Source: a virus
Taxonomy: Duplodnaviria > Caudoviricetes
Virus record (IMG/VR): IMGVR_UViG_3300033067_001582
Coordinates: 1 to 57,604 of that record
Strand: one strand, 5' to 3'
DNA length: 57,604 nucleotides
Shown: positions 1 to 9,165 of the stretch, piece after piece
How the letters are laid out: each line of letters starts with the position of its first letter
How positions within the stretch are numbered: the stretch's first letter is position 1
Made by a program: the position numbers and the translations under genes
The notes under the pieces: generated by a model
The model's input: the letters and a program-made list of their open reading frames with translations, nothing else
Database searches by the model: none
Told to the model about the DNA's origin: nothing

Positions 1-403
1 CGCACAGGTCTACGGCTCCGCACGGGTCTGCGGCTCCGCACAGGTCTGCGGCTCCGCACAGGTCTGCGGCTCCGCACAGGTCTACGGCTCCGCACAGGTC
101 TGCGGCTCCGCACTGGTCTACGACACCGCACAGGTCTACGGCTCCGCACTGGTCTACGACACCGCACAGGTCTACGGCTCCGCACAGGTCTACGGCTCCG
201 CACGGGTCTACGGCTCCGCACAGGTCTGCGGCTCCGCACTGGTCTACGACACCGCACAGGTCTACGGCTCCGCACGGGTCTGCGGCTCCGCACAGGTCTG
301 CGGCTCCGCACGGGTCTGCGGCTCCGCACAGGTCTGCGGCTCCGCACAGGTCTGCGGCTCCGCACAGGTCTGCGGCACCGCACAGGTCTACGGCTCCGCA
401 CGG
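1..403 (+). repeat. 18-bp tandem repeat, about 22 units, consensus GGCTCCGCACAGGTCT(A/G)C
   Basis: Directly visible contiguous units with no spacers; coding repeat. Confidence 0.95.
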
Positions 404-634
404 GTAGCTAAGACGCCGATTAACGTCACTGGCCTGCGGTACGACGTTCTCATTTGCGACAAGTTGTTGTCAATTGGATGCCAGCAGCACGAACCGAAAA
501 GGTGGCGACGCTTCACGCCGGAGCAGATCAAGAAGATGGATGCAGATGCCGCGACGTTTTGGCGTCGCCACAAAGAAGCGTTGCTTGTCATGTGCAAGCA
601 TCACCAAGCTAAGCCTCGCAAGAAAACCAAGTAG
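2..634 (+). CDS. Hexapeptide-repeat (left-handed beta-helix-like) protein, 5'-truncated by the window edge
   Basis: Frame 2 is open from the window start to TAG at 632-634 (absent from the ORF track). It reads (G/D)(S/T)A(Q/R/L)V(Y/C) repeats, then a C-terminal domain ...LLSIGCQQHEPKRW...FWRRHKEALL of the type found on phage repeat proteins. Confidence 0.85.
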   Translation, partial: AQVYGSARVCGSAQVCGSAQVCGSAQVYGSAQVCGSALVYDTAQVYGSALVYDTAQVYGSAQVYGSARVYGSAQVCGSALVYDTAQVYGSARVCGSAQVCGSARVCGSAQVCGSAQVCGSAQVCGTAQVYGSARVAKTPINVTGLRYDVLICDKLLSIGCQQHEPKRWRRFTPEQIKKMDADAATFWRRHKEALLVMCKHHQAKPRKKTK

Positions 635-706
635 CCGGTCGACACCACCTAAAACGTGCGACGGAAGAATCTTCTTCCCGCATCTGCACAAGAGCGAACG
701 AATCAC

Positions 707-919
707 ATGAGCCAATACTACGGTGACGAAGACGGCAAGCGGAACTTGGTTTTGTACGTCGGGAAGGGTGAGACAATCGTGATCGACGACAAGCGAATCA
801 CGATCACGCTGACAGAAGCCGGGCTCGGCGGCTGCAAGCTCGCGTTCCTGGCGGGTGACGAAGTGAAGATCGACAGACGAAAAATCTACGAACAGAAGAA
901 GGCGGCTGGCAACTACTAA
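707..919 (+). CDS. csrA: CsrA/RsmA-like RNA-binding protein
   Basis: LVLYVGKGETIVIDDKRITITL...CKLAFLAGDEVKIDRRKIYEQ follows the CsrA pattern [21 protein letters not shown]...[20 protein letters not shown]. Confidence 0.75.
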   Translation: MSQYYGDEDGKRNLVLYVGKGETIVIDDKRITITLTEAGLGGCKLAFLAGDEVKIDRRKIYEQKKAAGNY

Positions 920-940
920 TCCTAGCATGGAGTGCAAGCG

Positions 941-1177
941 ATGAGCGGTTCAATCGAAGTTCGCGTGCTGAGCAAATCCGACCTGATGAATCGCGAATGG
1001 GAAGCGTTCTCAGGCGTGGTCGAGTTCGTGTCGCTGATGAGCGATGCGGATAGGGATGCGTTCTTGGGGAAGATTGTGCGGTTGGATTATGCGGAGATGA
1101 GTTTCGCCGAAGTTATGGCCGCGCTGACGTTGGCGCGGGCGACGGCGATTCGGATTGCTGCGGATGTGGCGGCATGA
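941..1177 (+). CDS. Hypothetical protein
   Basis: ORF in operon, ATGA overlap with the next gene. Confidence 0.6.
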   Translation: MSGSIEVRVLSKSDLMNREWEAFSGVVEFVSLMSDADRDAFLGKIVRLDYAEMSFAEVMAALTLARATAIRIAADVAA

Positions 1178-1500
1178 GCCACAGAACTGACAATAAGTAC
1201 GGATTCGATGTCGGGCCGTTCTTCGATCAAGAAGACGCAGACGTTGCGATCATCGGCATGATCGAATCAATGAACATCTCGCAACCATACGAGATTGACG
1301 AGTGTGCGGTTTTTAAGTGCCGCGACAAGGGTTATCTCGTTGTGTGGGTTAGCGGATGCTCATGTTGGCCCGATCGCGGAGGAACGCGGCAGGAGTTTTG
1401 CCCGACACAATCGGATGTCGACCGTGTTCTTACCGGAGAATACCGAAGCCTGCTTCAGAAGTGTCAAGACGCAAAGTGGTCCGTGGAGATTTCGACATGA
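1174..1500 (+). CDS. Hypothetical phage protein
   Basis: ATGA overlaps on both sides; SGCSCW motif. Confidence 0.7.
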   Translation: MSHRTDNKYGFDVGPFFDQEDADVAIIGMIESMNISQPYEIDECAVFKCRDKGYLVVWVSGCSCWPDRGGTRQEFCPTQSDVDRVLTGEYRSLLQKCQDAKWSVEIST

Positions 1501-2306
1501 GCAAATCATTGATGTTTTGGGATTTGGAAACGCAACCCGACTTCGCACGTCTCCCGACGTTCGGCCTGCCCGAACTGCCGCCCTACGCCGAAACGCCGGC
1601 CGCCGAACTCCCTGACGCCTGGACGTTCCTCGCCGGCACGCTCGACGAGATGAAGGCCGCGACGTTTAAGCCATCGGCCGAGTGGTGCGCCAACGCCCGC
1701 AAACTCGAAGCAGCCGCCAAGAAGCCGCGCGTCGGAGCGTATCAAGCGATCGACCGCCTCGCCGACATGCAATCCATGTACGAACGCGAACAGTCCGAGC
1801 GAATCAAGCTGCTGAGCGTAACACCCGAATACTGCTCGATCGCGGCGTTCGGTTGGGCGCTCGACGACGAAGAACCGAAGTCGTTTGTCGTCGGTGCGGA
1901 CGGCCGCGACGAACGCGACCTGCTCGATGCATTCTGGTCGATGGCCGCGAAGTCGGTGCTGGTCGGCTACAACATTTGCGGGTTCGACTTGCCGGTGATT
2001 TTTGCGAGAAGCGCTATACTGCGGGTGCGGCCGAGCATCAAGATCGACACGACGCCGTGGAAAGGCGCAGTCCTAGACCTGTACCTGTCCCGCTTCCCGA
2101 AAGGCAACTTCGGCGGCAAGGGGCCGGGCAAGTTGAAGGAGTTGGCGGCGCTCTACGGTCTTGTCACGCAGGCCGAAGATGTCGACGGCTCGCACGTTTA
2201 CAAGTTGATGCAGGAAAAGAAGTTCGACGAAGTGTCGAAGTACGTCGAGTCGGACGTGTCGTTGTGTCAGCAGATGCACGGCGTGTTCGAGGGGCTTTTT
2301 GTTTAG
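1497..2306 (+). CDS. DEDD 3'-5' exonuclease (PolB-exo-like, stand-alone)
   Basis: ExoI WDLET, ExoII GYNICGFDLP, ExoIII YVESDV; start at the ATGA overlap (1497). Confidence 0.85.
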   Translation: MSKSLMFWDLETQPDFARLPTFGLPELPPYAETPAAELPDAWTFLAGTLDEMKAATFKPSAEWCANARKLEAAAKKPRVGAYQAIDRLADMQSMYEREQSERIKLLSVTPEYCSIAAFGWALDDEEPKSFVVGADGRDERDLLDAFWSMAAKSVLVGYNICGFDLPVIFARSAILRVRPSIKIDTTPWKGAVLDLYLSRFPKGNFGGKGPGKLKELAALYGLVTQAEDVDGSHVYKLMQEKKFDEVSKYVESDVSLCQQMHGVFEGLFV

Positions 2307-2568
2307 CGGCGATTATGCTGTTTGGCATTGACTGACACATATAATGCAACTCTGCCGCTTCTCCAAATCCGCAATCTTCCGCGACTCCATTCTTCCCGCA
2401 TGTCCACTATCCCTAACAGCCAACGCCGCCAAGTCCTGCCCGTGCAAGCGGCGAGTGAAAGTCACCGAGCCCGTCGAGACTCGCATCGCAGTTTGCAATT
2501 ACCCGCTTGATTGGCGCGGCAAGCCATACCGACACGCAACCACAGTTGATTTCCTGAGTAATGCACTA

Positions 2569-3129
2569 ATGCAAGAAGGACGCGAAGTTGACAGAGAGTT
2601 GTGGGTTGCGATCCCCGGATTTAACAATAGATACGAGGTGTCTGATCTCGGGAATATCAGGTCGCTTGGAAACAGGGGAAAGGTACTGAAGCAATCGCTT
2701 GCGCTTGGGTATCACCGTGTCTCGCTTTACGAAGACGAAAAGCCGAAGCTCGTGCTTGTTCACAGAGCGGTTGCCGCCGCATTTCATGGACCGCCTCCAA
2801 GCAAAATACACCAAGTTGACCACATCGACTTTAACAAGAGCAATAACGCCGCAAGCAACCTTCGGTGGGTGCTGCCAGTGGAAAACAGAAGGCACACAAT
2901 CGCAAATGGGCGGTCGGTAAATGTTCGTGGAGAAAATCACGGAAACTCGGCCGTTTCTGATTTGCAAATTGCCGAAGCGGTGGCTCGCGTGAAGGCTGGT
3001 GAATCACAGCACAAGGTTGCCAGGGATATTGGGGTTGCTCAGACGACTATAAGCAGATGGATAGGTGGCGAGTCGAGGCAGGAATTTTTGAACATTAAAT
3101 TGCCAAGAAACGAAGAAAGCGAGGCTGAA
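2569..3129 (+). mobile_element. NUMOD4-HNH homing endonuclease domain with C-terminal HTH, in frame within ORF 2344-4269
   Basis: ELWVAIPGFNNRYEVSDLGNIRS (NUMOD4), VHRAVAAAF, VDHIDFNKSNNAASNLRW (HNH); lower GC than the flanks. Confidence 0.85.
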
Positions 3130-4269
3130 ATGAGCGATGACGTGACGGTGACGGAACCTGTAGCGCAAATAGCGGCGGCATCAACCGACATGCGACTGCG
3201 TGGGCAAGATGCAAATGCAATAACTGTTTACGATCGTCTCGACAACATCCCGGCATTCCTAGGCGCTCTCGCCGACGACATCACGAAGTCGGGCGTGTTT
3301 ATGAACTGCAACACCGCGACCGCCGGGCTCTTGGCCGTCGAGTGCGTCGCCCGCAAGCAAACTCCGCTGCAACTCGCGCAGACCTTCCACCTGATTCAAG
3401 GCCGCCTGTCGATGCGGGCTGATGCCGTGCTGGCCGAGTTCAACCGCATGGGCGGCAAGCATGTGCTGATCGAGAAGACGGCAGACCGCGCCGCCGCCGA
3501 GTTCCAGTGGGAGAAGAAGAAGTACAACTTCGAGTTGACATGGGACGAAGCGAAGACCGCCCCCTGGCCCTACAAGAGCGACGGCGCGTCACTGAAAGAC
3601 AACTGGGCACACCCGCTCGGCCGCAAGGCGATGCTGTGGGCTCGCATGGTCAGCGATGCCGTGCGGACAATCTGCCCGTCCGTGAACTGCGGACGCTACA
3701 CGCCGGAAGAAATCGCGGACTTCGGCGAGGCACCGGCTGCGAAGGTGCTTGAGCAGGTGAAGAAGCAGGAGGCGGCGGTTGTTGGCGTGCAGAAGGCGGA
3801 GGCGGCTGCGGAAGAGGCCGGGTACATCGATGCGGAGTTTAGCGTTTCGGCTGTGGACATTGGCGTTACCGAAGAAGAACTAGCGAAGACTTTCGAGGCG
3901 GCCAAGAAGGCGCTCGAAAAACCGCCCTTCGACATCGCGCCCATCGAGCCCGCGAAGCCGCCGGTCAATCCGCTCGAAGACACGCCCGAACAAATCGCAG
4001 CCCGCTGCGAATCGCTCAAGCAACGCATCAACGCGGCCCACAAAGCCCTCGGAGTCGGCAAGGCCGAATGGCTGAAGGTCATGCAGCGTGGCGCTCCCGG
4101 CAAGTCGAAGCTGGCCGAATGCTCGATCGTCGAACTGTCGGAGGTGATGGAGTGCTTGCGGCCGGCGTACGAATCGCTGCTCGCAAATAAGGAATGGCGC
4201 AACGTGTATCAGCACACGGTGGTCGAAGGCAAGCCGCTGAAGGATATGGCGGTGGCATCGGGAAAGTAG
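3130..4269 (+). CDS. RecT-like single-strand annealing protein (C-terminal part of ORF 2344-4269)
   Basis: Own RBS and ATG (GAGGCTGAAATG); motifs PLQLAQTFHLIQGRLSMRADAVLA and MLWARMVSDAVRTICP...GRYTPEE; next to the exonuclease and DUF669-like genes. Confidence 0.65.
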   Translation: MSDDVTVTEPVAQIAAASTDMRLRGQDANAITVYDRLDNIPAFLGALADDITKSGVFMNCNTATAGLLAVECVARKQTPLQLAQTFHLIQGRLSMRADAVLAEFNRMGGKHVLIEKTADRAAAEFQWEKKKYNFELTWDEAKTAPWPYKSDGASLKDNWAHPLGRKAMLWARMVSDAVRTICPSVNCGRYTPEEIADFGEAPAAKVLEQVKKQEAAVVGVQKAEAAAEEAGYIDAEFSVSAVDIGVTEEELAKTFEAAKKALEKPPFDIAPIEPAKPPVNPLEDTPEQIAARCESLKQRINAAHKALGVGKAEWLKVMQRGAPGKSKLAECSIVELSEVMECLRPAYESLLANKEWRNVYQHTVVEGKPLKDMAVASGK

Positions 4270-4394
4270 AGCCGCCGCCTTGCGGATGGAGCGAGGCGGC
4301 TGAGAGGGAGGCGATTGAGTGGGAGGGGTGCAAGCGGTGGTTGGTTGAAGAAGATTGTGAAGACGAAGACTGGACAACGTAAAGCGAGGCAAAC

Positions 4395-4595
4395 ATGGGA
4401 TGGGCTGGTGGAGGCGAACTTCTCGACAGCGTGGCCAGGTTGGTTATGCCGAAGATCGAGACGAAATTACGAAAGGGCGTGGCGCAAAAGCTGATCTGCC
4501 TTTTCGAGAACTATGACTGCGACACGATCTATGAGGTGTCGCAAAAGGATGTGGCTGACGCATACGCCGAAGCGCATCCGCTGGACGAAGAGTAA
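4395..4595 (+). CDS. Hypothetical protein
   Basis: GAGG RBS; MGWAGG...ENYDCDT small phage protein. Confidence 0.7.
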   Translation: MGWAGGGELLDSVARLVMPKIETKLRKGVAQKLICLFENYDCDTIYEVSQKDVADAYAEAHPLDEE

Positions 4596-4633
4596 TTCAA
4601 CAGTAAGTTTTCCTAGTTATCGGAGTATGCGAC

Positions 4634-5272
4634 ATGGGTTTTGCAAACGAAGCGGCAGGCGGAGCGGCGACCGCCAGTGAAGGTTTTGATTTCGACACGG
4701 GCGGCGTCGACCCGGCATCGCTGAATCGCGGCGGCACCGTCTCGAAGCCGGGCATGTACCCCGTCGAGATCGAGGACATCGCCCGCAACCTCGACACGCA
4801 CAAGGACGGCAAGCAGAAGTCGCCGCACCTGTCGTACACGTTCTTGGTTATCGCCGACCAGCCGAATCGCGACGGCAAGGGCTCGCGACACTACCATCGC
4901 GTCATGCTGGCCGGTCCCGGCGGCGGGCCGATCAATGAGTTCGTGCGCGACAAGACCTCACAGTTCGGCGTCACGGCGGGCGTGCTGCGCATCGAAAGCG
5001 GCAAGGTCGTCAATGCAGTCACGGGCCAGCCGAAGACGCCGGTGGAAGCGTGGGAGGCGATCAAGGGAAAGCGGTTCGTCGTGGAGTTGGAGTACGACCA
5101 GAAGAAGTCCGGCCAGAAGAAGGCGAACGGAAAGGACGAGTACGTGGTCGACACCGAGCGCGTGCGGATAAAGAACGACCGCTTGTACTCGTGGGACGAT
5201 CCGCTCGTGGCGCACGTCACGGCGCTGGTCGACGGCGGAAGTGCGTCGCCGGAAGTGGATGCGGATTTGTAA
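4634..5272 (+). CDS. DUF669-like putative ssDNA-binding protein
   Basis: PGMYPVEIEDI beta motif, acidic C-terminal tail (EVDADL), position in the recombination module. Confidence 0.55.
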   Translation: MGFANEAAGGAATASEGFDFDTGGVDPASLNRGGTVSKPGMYPVEIEDIARNLDTHKDGKQKSPHLSYTFLVIADQPNRDGKGSRHYHRVMLAGPGGGPINEFVRDKTSQFGVTAGVLRIESGKVVNAVTGQPKTPVEAWEAIKGKRFVVELEYDQKKSGQKKANGKDEYVVDTERVRIKNDRLYSWDDPLVAHVTALVDGGSASPEVDADL

Positions 5273-5285
5273 GGCATGAAGCCTG

Positions 5286-5414
5286 TGATGCGGCGGCGTG
5301 GACAGTGACACGCGACCTCGACAAGAGGAATGGCCGACCTCGACAAGAGAAGTGGCAGCGATGGATTCGGGCATTCCACACCATCGCTAGTCGGTGCAAT
5401 TCCGACCCGCATCA
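5286..5414 (+). ncRNA. tRNA-like structured RNA lacking an anticodon arm
   Basis: Acceptor-like stem TGATGCGG/CCGCATCA, D-like arm GCGTG-GACAGTGA-CACGC, T-like arm GTCGG-TGCAATT-CCGAC stacked on the acceptor stem. Confidence 0.6.
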
Positions 5415-5548
5415 TTTCGCAACCGCAAGAACCGAATGGTCCGAAACGTTGACGAGGGGCGGCGAGTTCGGGGACTGCGGGAACAGGCAACCGGGTGCCG
5501 GGTTGGCGATCGTGGCACTTTTTACTTCCTAGAAAACGCGAGACATCT

Positions 5549-5743
5549 ATGCCGTTTGAGAAATTCATTACGCTGCATAAGCGAGAGATGTGCAGAGATC
5601 GCGAACACAACCCGCCGTCGATGATAATCGTTTTGGAGCCCGGCACGCACATCTGGACTTGCCCCAAGTGCGGAGCGAAGCAATCGGTATTTGTCGCTGG
5701 AAACGGCGGCATGATGTCCATCAGCGACAAGCAGCCGAATTAG
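5549..5743 (+). CDS. Small zinc-ribbon protein
   Basis: CRDREHNPP...WTCPKCG. Confidence 0.65.
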   Translation: MPFEKFITLHKREMCRDREHNPPSMIIVLEPGTHIWTCPKCGAKQSVFVAGNGGMMSISDKQPN

Positions 5744-5992
5744 CAGCTCGACCTAGCAGCAAAGCCGTCCTAGCACGGCATGGTCCGATTAGTCCAGTTA
5801 GTCGTAGAAAGCAGGTTCGCCGTTTCTCCTTCGGTGCGCATCGAGAAATCGCTGCGGATGGGCCTGCCGTGGATGGCACTGAGAATCATATGCCACGTTG
5901 CCCGTGTACGCCAAGGCGCGGGTGTCGCAGCACGCCGACATGCATCACTGGAAGCGTGCGTTTTTTATTCTTTGGGTTATGACTGGGGGTCA

Positions 5993-6883
5993 ATGACGAT
6001 GGCTGTGGAAATCATTCACGCCGAATGCCTCGAATACCTCCGGTCGCTGCCGGATAACCACGTCGATCTGACGTTCTGCTCCCCACCTTACGAAGCGGCA
6101 CGCCGTTATGGCGAACTCGGCTTCAATCTGCGCGGCCAGCAATGGGTTGATTGGGCGGTTGAGCGATACGTCGAGTGCTGCCGCGTGACGAAGGGGCTCG
6201 TTGCGTGGGTTGTCGAGGGGCAGACGCGAAAGTTCCAGTGGTCGGCAACGCCGGCGCTGCTGATGGCGGACTTGCATCGGCGAGGCGTGAGGTTGCGGAA
6301 GCCGCCGGTGTTTGCGCGCAATGGAGTATGCGGAAGCGGCGGTGGCGAATGGTTGCGAAACGACTATGAGTTCGCAGTCTGCGCCAGCAAGGGCCGCCTG
6401 CCGTGGGCCGACAACACGGCGATGGGAAAGCCGCCGAAATGGAAGCCGGGCGGTGCAATGACAAACTTCATGCCAAACGGCAGGCGTGTCGCAAAAAAGC
6501 ACACGAAACAGATCGAGGGTGGAACCGTCACGCAAGGGTACAACGCACCGGCGATAGCGAACCCTGGTAACATCATTCGCTGCAAGGTCGGCGGCGGACG
6601 CATGGGCTCTCAGTTGTCGCACGAAAACGAAGCGTCATTTCCAGAGCCGCTAGCCGAATTCTTCATCCGATCATTCTGCCCGCCCGGCGGGACCGTCCTC
6701 GATTGCTTCGGCGGCTCCGGCACCACGCTCGCCGTGGCCGTGCTCAACGACCGCAACGCAATCTCCGTCGACATCCGCGAATCGCAATGCGATCTGATGC
6801 GTCGGCGACTGGCAGAGGCGGGCGAGCGGAAGTTGTTGAAGGATGCGAAGGCGGCGGAGTCGCTAACTGAATCGGGGGCGTAG
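5993..6883 (+). CDS. Orphan amino-DNA methyltransferase, beta class (probably N4-cytosine)
   Basis: Motif IV SPPY precedes motif I VLDCFGGSGTT; no cognate restriction enzyme visible. Confidence 0.9.
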   Translation: MTMAVEIIHAECLEYLRSLPDNHVDLTFCSPPYEAARRYGELGFNLRGQQWVDWAVERYVECCRVTKGLVAWVVEGQTRKFQWSATPALLMADLHRRGVRLRKPPVFARNGVCGSGGGEWLRNDYEFAVCASKGRLPWADNTAMGKPPKWKPGGAMTNFMPNGRRVAKKHTKQIEGGTVTQGYNAPAIANPGNIIRCKVGGGRMGSQLSHENEASFPEPLAEFFIRSFCPPGGTVLDCFGGSGTTLAVAVLNDRNAISVDIRESQCDLMRRRLAEAGERKLLKDAKAAESLTESGA

Positions 6884-6885
6884 TC

Positions 6886-9165
6886 ATGGCGGACGAAATT
6901 TACGAAGCAGTCTTCAGTTCATACCGCCACGAAAGCCCCAACGGCTTCGCCGTCGCGCAAATGACAGACCGCACTCTCGTGGTCGGCGAGCTGGCCGGCC
7001 ATTTGCTCGGCGGGGTTTCTTACTCCTTCCACGGGTATTGGAAGAATGACGAGCGATTCGGCAAGCAATTCCGCGCCAAGTCATTCAAGCAGACTGGCAT
7101 CAGCACCGAACACGGCATCATCAGTTACCTGCAACGCAACGTGAAGTCGCACGGCCTCGGCCCGGTGACTGCCCGTGAACTGTGGGACAAGTACGGAAGC
7201 GATGCCGTCAAGATTCTTCGCACCGACCCCGAGCGTGCGTCGCGAGAAGTGAAGCGACTGCGACTGCCGGTTGCGTTAGCGGCCAGCAATGAACTCAAGG
7301 CAATCGCTCGCTACGAGTCGGTGAGTATTGCGGTCACGGATATTCTGGCTGGTCGCGGTTTCTCGCACAAGTTGGTGGATGAGTGCGTGGCTCGGTGGAA
7401 GCTGAACACCGCCGAGGTTTTGAAGCGCGATCCACTTAAACTTTTGGTCGAAGGCTTCGCATCCTGCGGTTGGTCGCGAGTGTACCGCCTGTACTGCGAC
7501 CTCGGCCTGCCGATGAACCGCACGAAGTTGCAACTGCTCGCCATGTGGAACGGGCTACGCAACGATTCCAGTGGAAGTACGTGGCACGAAAAAGCCAAGG
7601 CAATCGACTTCCTCAAATCCGGCATCGGCACCGGCGTCGTGCTGAAGCCGGAGAAAGCCCTTCGGCTAGGTGTGAGATCGCGGTGGCTGTCGATTCGCAA
7701 GGACAAAGATGGCGCGACTTGGATCGCAGAAGCCGAGAAGGCGATGGACGAGTGGCGGCTGGCGCAGAAGCTCGAAGAAATGCGCCTCGCCGACACCGGC
7801 CCGTGGTTGGACTGCGACTCCATCACCGGCATCACCGAGCATCAGCGTGCGGCGGCGAAGGTGGCGTCGAGCAGCAATGTCGGGATTCTTGGCGGGCCGC
7901 CAGGCAGCGGCAAATCGTACACGCTCGCCGCAATGTTGAAGGCCGCACTGAAGAAGTTCGACGCTAGCGAGATCGCGGTGTGCAGCCCGACCGGCAAGGC
8001 GAGTGTGCGGATTGCTCAGGCACTTCTCGACAACGGAATTTCGGACATCTCGGCGACGACAATTCATCGGCTGCTGAAGCCGACACGGAATGGACATGAC
8101 GGAAAGAAGTGGGGCTTCCACCAGAACAAGGACGCGAGACTTCCGCATCGCCTTTGCATCATCGAAGAGATGAGCATGCTCGACACCGGGCTCGCCGCCG
8201 ACTTCTTCGAGGCAGTGCGCGACGACGCGATTGTGATGTGCGTTGCGGACGTGAATCAATTGCCCCCGGTCAGCCACGGTAAGCCGCTGCTCGACATGAT
8301 CGAGTCGAACTATCCGATGGGCATGCTCACCGAGATTCACCGCAACGCAGGCGACATCGTGCGATGCAGCCAAGACTGCAAGGCGGGGCGACCGTTTGTT
8401 CCGAGCGAAGGTAGTGATTGGAAGAACGGCCGCAATGTTTGGATGTACTCTAGAAGTTCGCAAGGCGAACAGTTGCGTGCGTTGAAGATGATCTACGAGA
8501 ACGCGCCGGAAGAGTTTGATAGGTTTCGCGGCATGATCTGCCTCTCCGTGACAAACGAGACAAGTGACGTAGCGCGAAAAAACGTCAACCTAATGCTGCA
8601 ATCGCTACTAAATCCGAATGGCGTGCAGGTCGGCAAGACTCCGTTCCGCATCGGCGACCGCGCGATCTGCCTAGAGAACGGCGACGCGATGGAGATTTCT
8701 TGCATGGCTTGCGGGCCGATGGGCGTCGATTCGGTGCGCGAGTTTCACGGCGACTTCGCGTGCCTGCGGTGTGGGTCGACGATTAAGAAAAGCGAAATGG
8801 AAGATGGATTCTTGGCGAACGGTGAAATGGGCACTGTTCTCGATTCAGGAGGGGAGGGTCTTCATGTTTTGTTCGACTACCCGCAACGAGTCGTGCGGTT
8901 CGTCGGCGAGCATCACACGCGATGCGATCTGGGCTACGCGATTTCATGCCATCGATCACAAGGAAGTAGTTGGCCGCTCGTCGTACTGATGGCCGACGAC
9001 TCCGTGGGTGCGGCGATGGTGAGCAGTCGGCAGTTGGTACTGACGGCGATTAGTCGTGCGGAGAAGTTGGCGATTGTGATTGGCAAGACCAGCACGCTTA
9101 ACGCTTGGATTCAAGTTGACGCTATCGCGAATCGCAAGACGTTCCTGAAGGAACTTTTGAAGTGA
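6886..9165 (+). CDS. RecD2/TraA-like SF1B helicase
   Basis: GYWKNDERFGKQF, HhH GLGPVTA, Walker A GPPGSGKS, ATTIHRLL, EEMSM, QLPPV, YAISCHRSQGS, TAISRA. Confidence 0.92.
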   Translation: MADEIYEAVFSSYRHESPNGFAVAQMTDRTLVVGELAGHLLGGVSYSFHGYWKNDERFGKQFRAKSFKQTGISTEHGIISYLQRNVKSHGLGPVTARELWDKYGSDAVKILRTDPERASREVKRLRLPVALAASNELKAIARYESVSIAVTDILAGRGFSHKLVDECVARWKLNTAEVLKRDPLKLLVEGFASCGWSRVYRLYCDLGLPMNRTKLQLLAMWNGLRNDSSGSTWHEKAKAIDFLKSGIGTGVVLKPEKALRLGVRSRWLSIRKDKDGATWIAEAEKAMDEWRLAQKLEEMRLADTGPWLDCDSITGITEHQRAAAKVASSSNVGILGGPPGSGKSYTLAAMLKAALKKFDASEIAVCSPTGKASVRIAQALLDNGISDISATTIHRLLKPTRNGHDGKKWGFHQNKDARLPHRLCIIEEMSMLDTGLAADFFEAVRDDAIVMCVADVNQLPPVSHGKPLLDMIESNYPMGMLTEIHRNAGDIVRCSQDCKAGRPFVPSEGSDWKNGRNVWMYSRSSQGEQLRALKMIYENAPEEFDRFRGMICLSVTNETSDVARKNVNLMLQSLLNPNGVQVGKTPFRIGDRAICLENGDAMEISCMACGPMGVDSVREFHGDFACLRCGSTIKKSEMEDGFLANGEMGTVLDSGGEGLHVLFDYPQRVVRFVGEHHTRCDLGYAISCHRSQGSSWPLVVLMADDSVGAAMVSSRQLVLTAISRAEKLAIVIGKTSTLNAWIQVDAIANRKTFLKELLK

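Noticed and set aside
1-403. CRISPR array
   Set aside because: Units are contiguous 18-mers with no unique spacers, they keep a reading frame, and no cas genes are present.
2344-3130. Intein or group I intron around the HNH
   Set aside because: No C-terminal HN-C/S/T splice motif and no recognisable P7 intron core seen by eye; not formally excluded.
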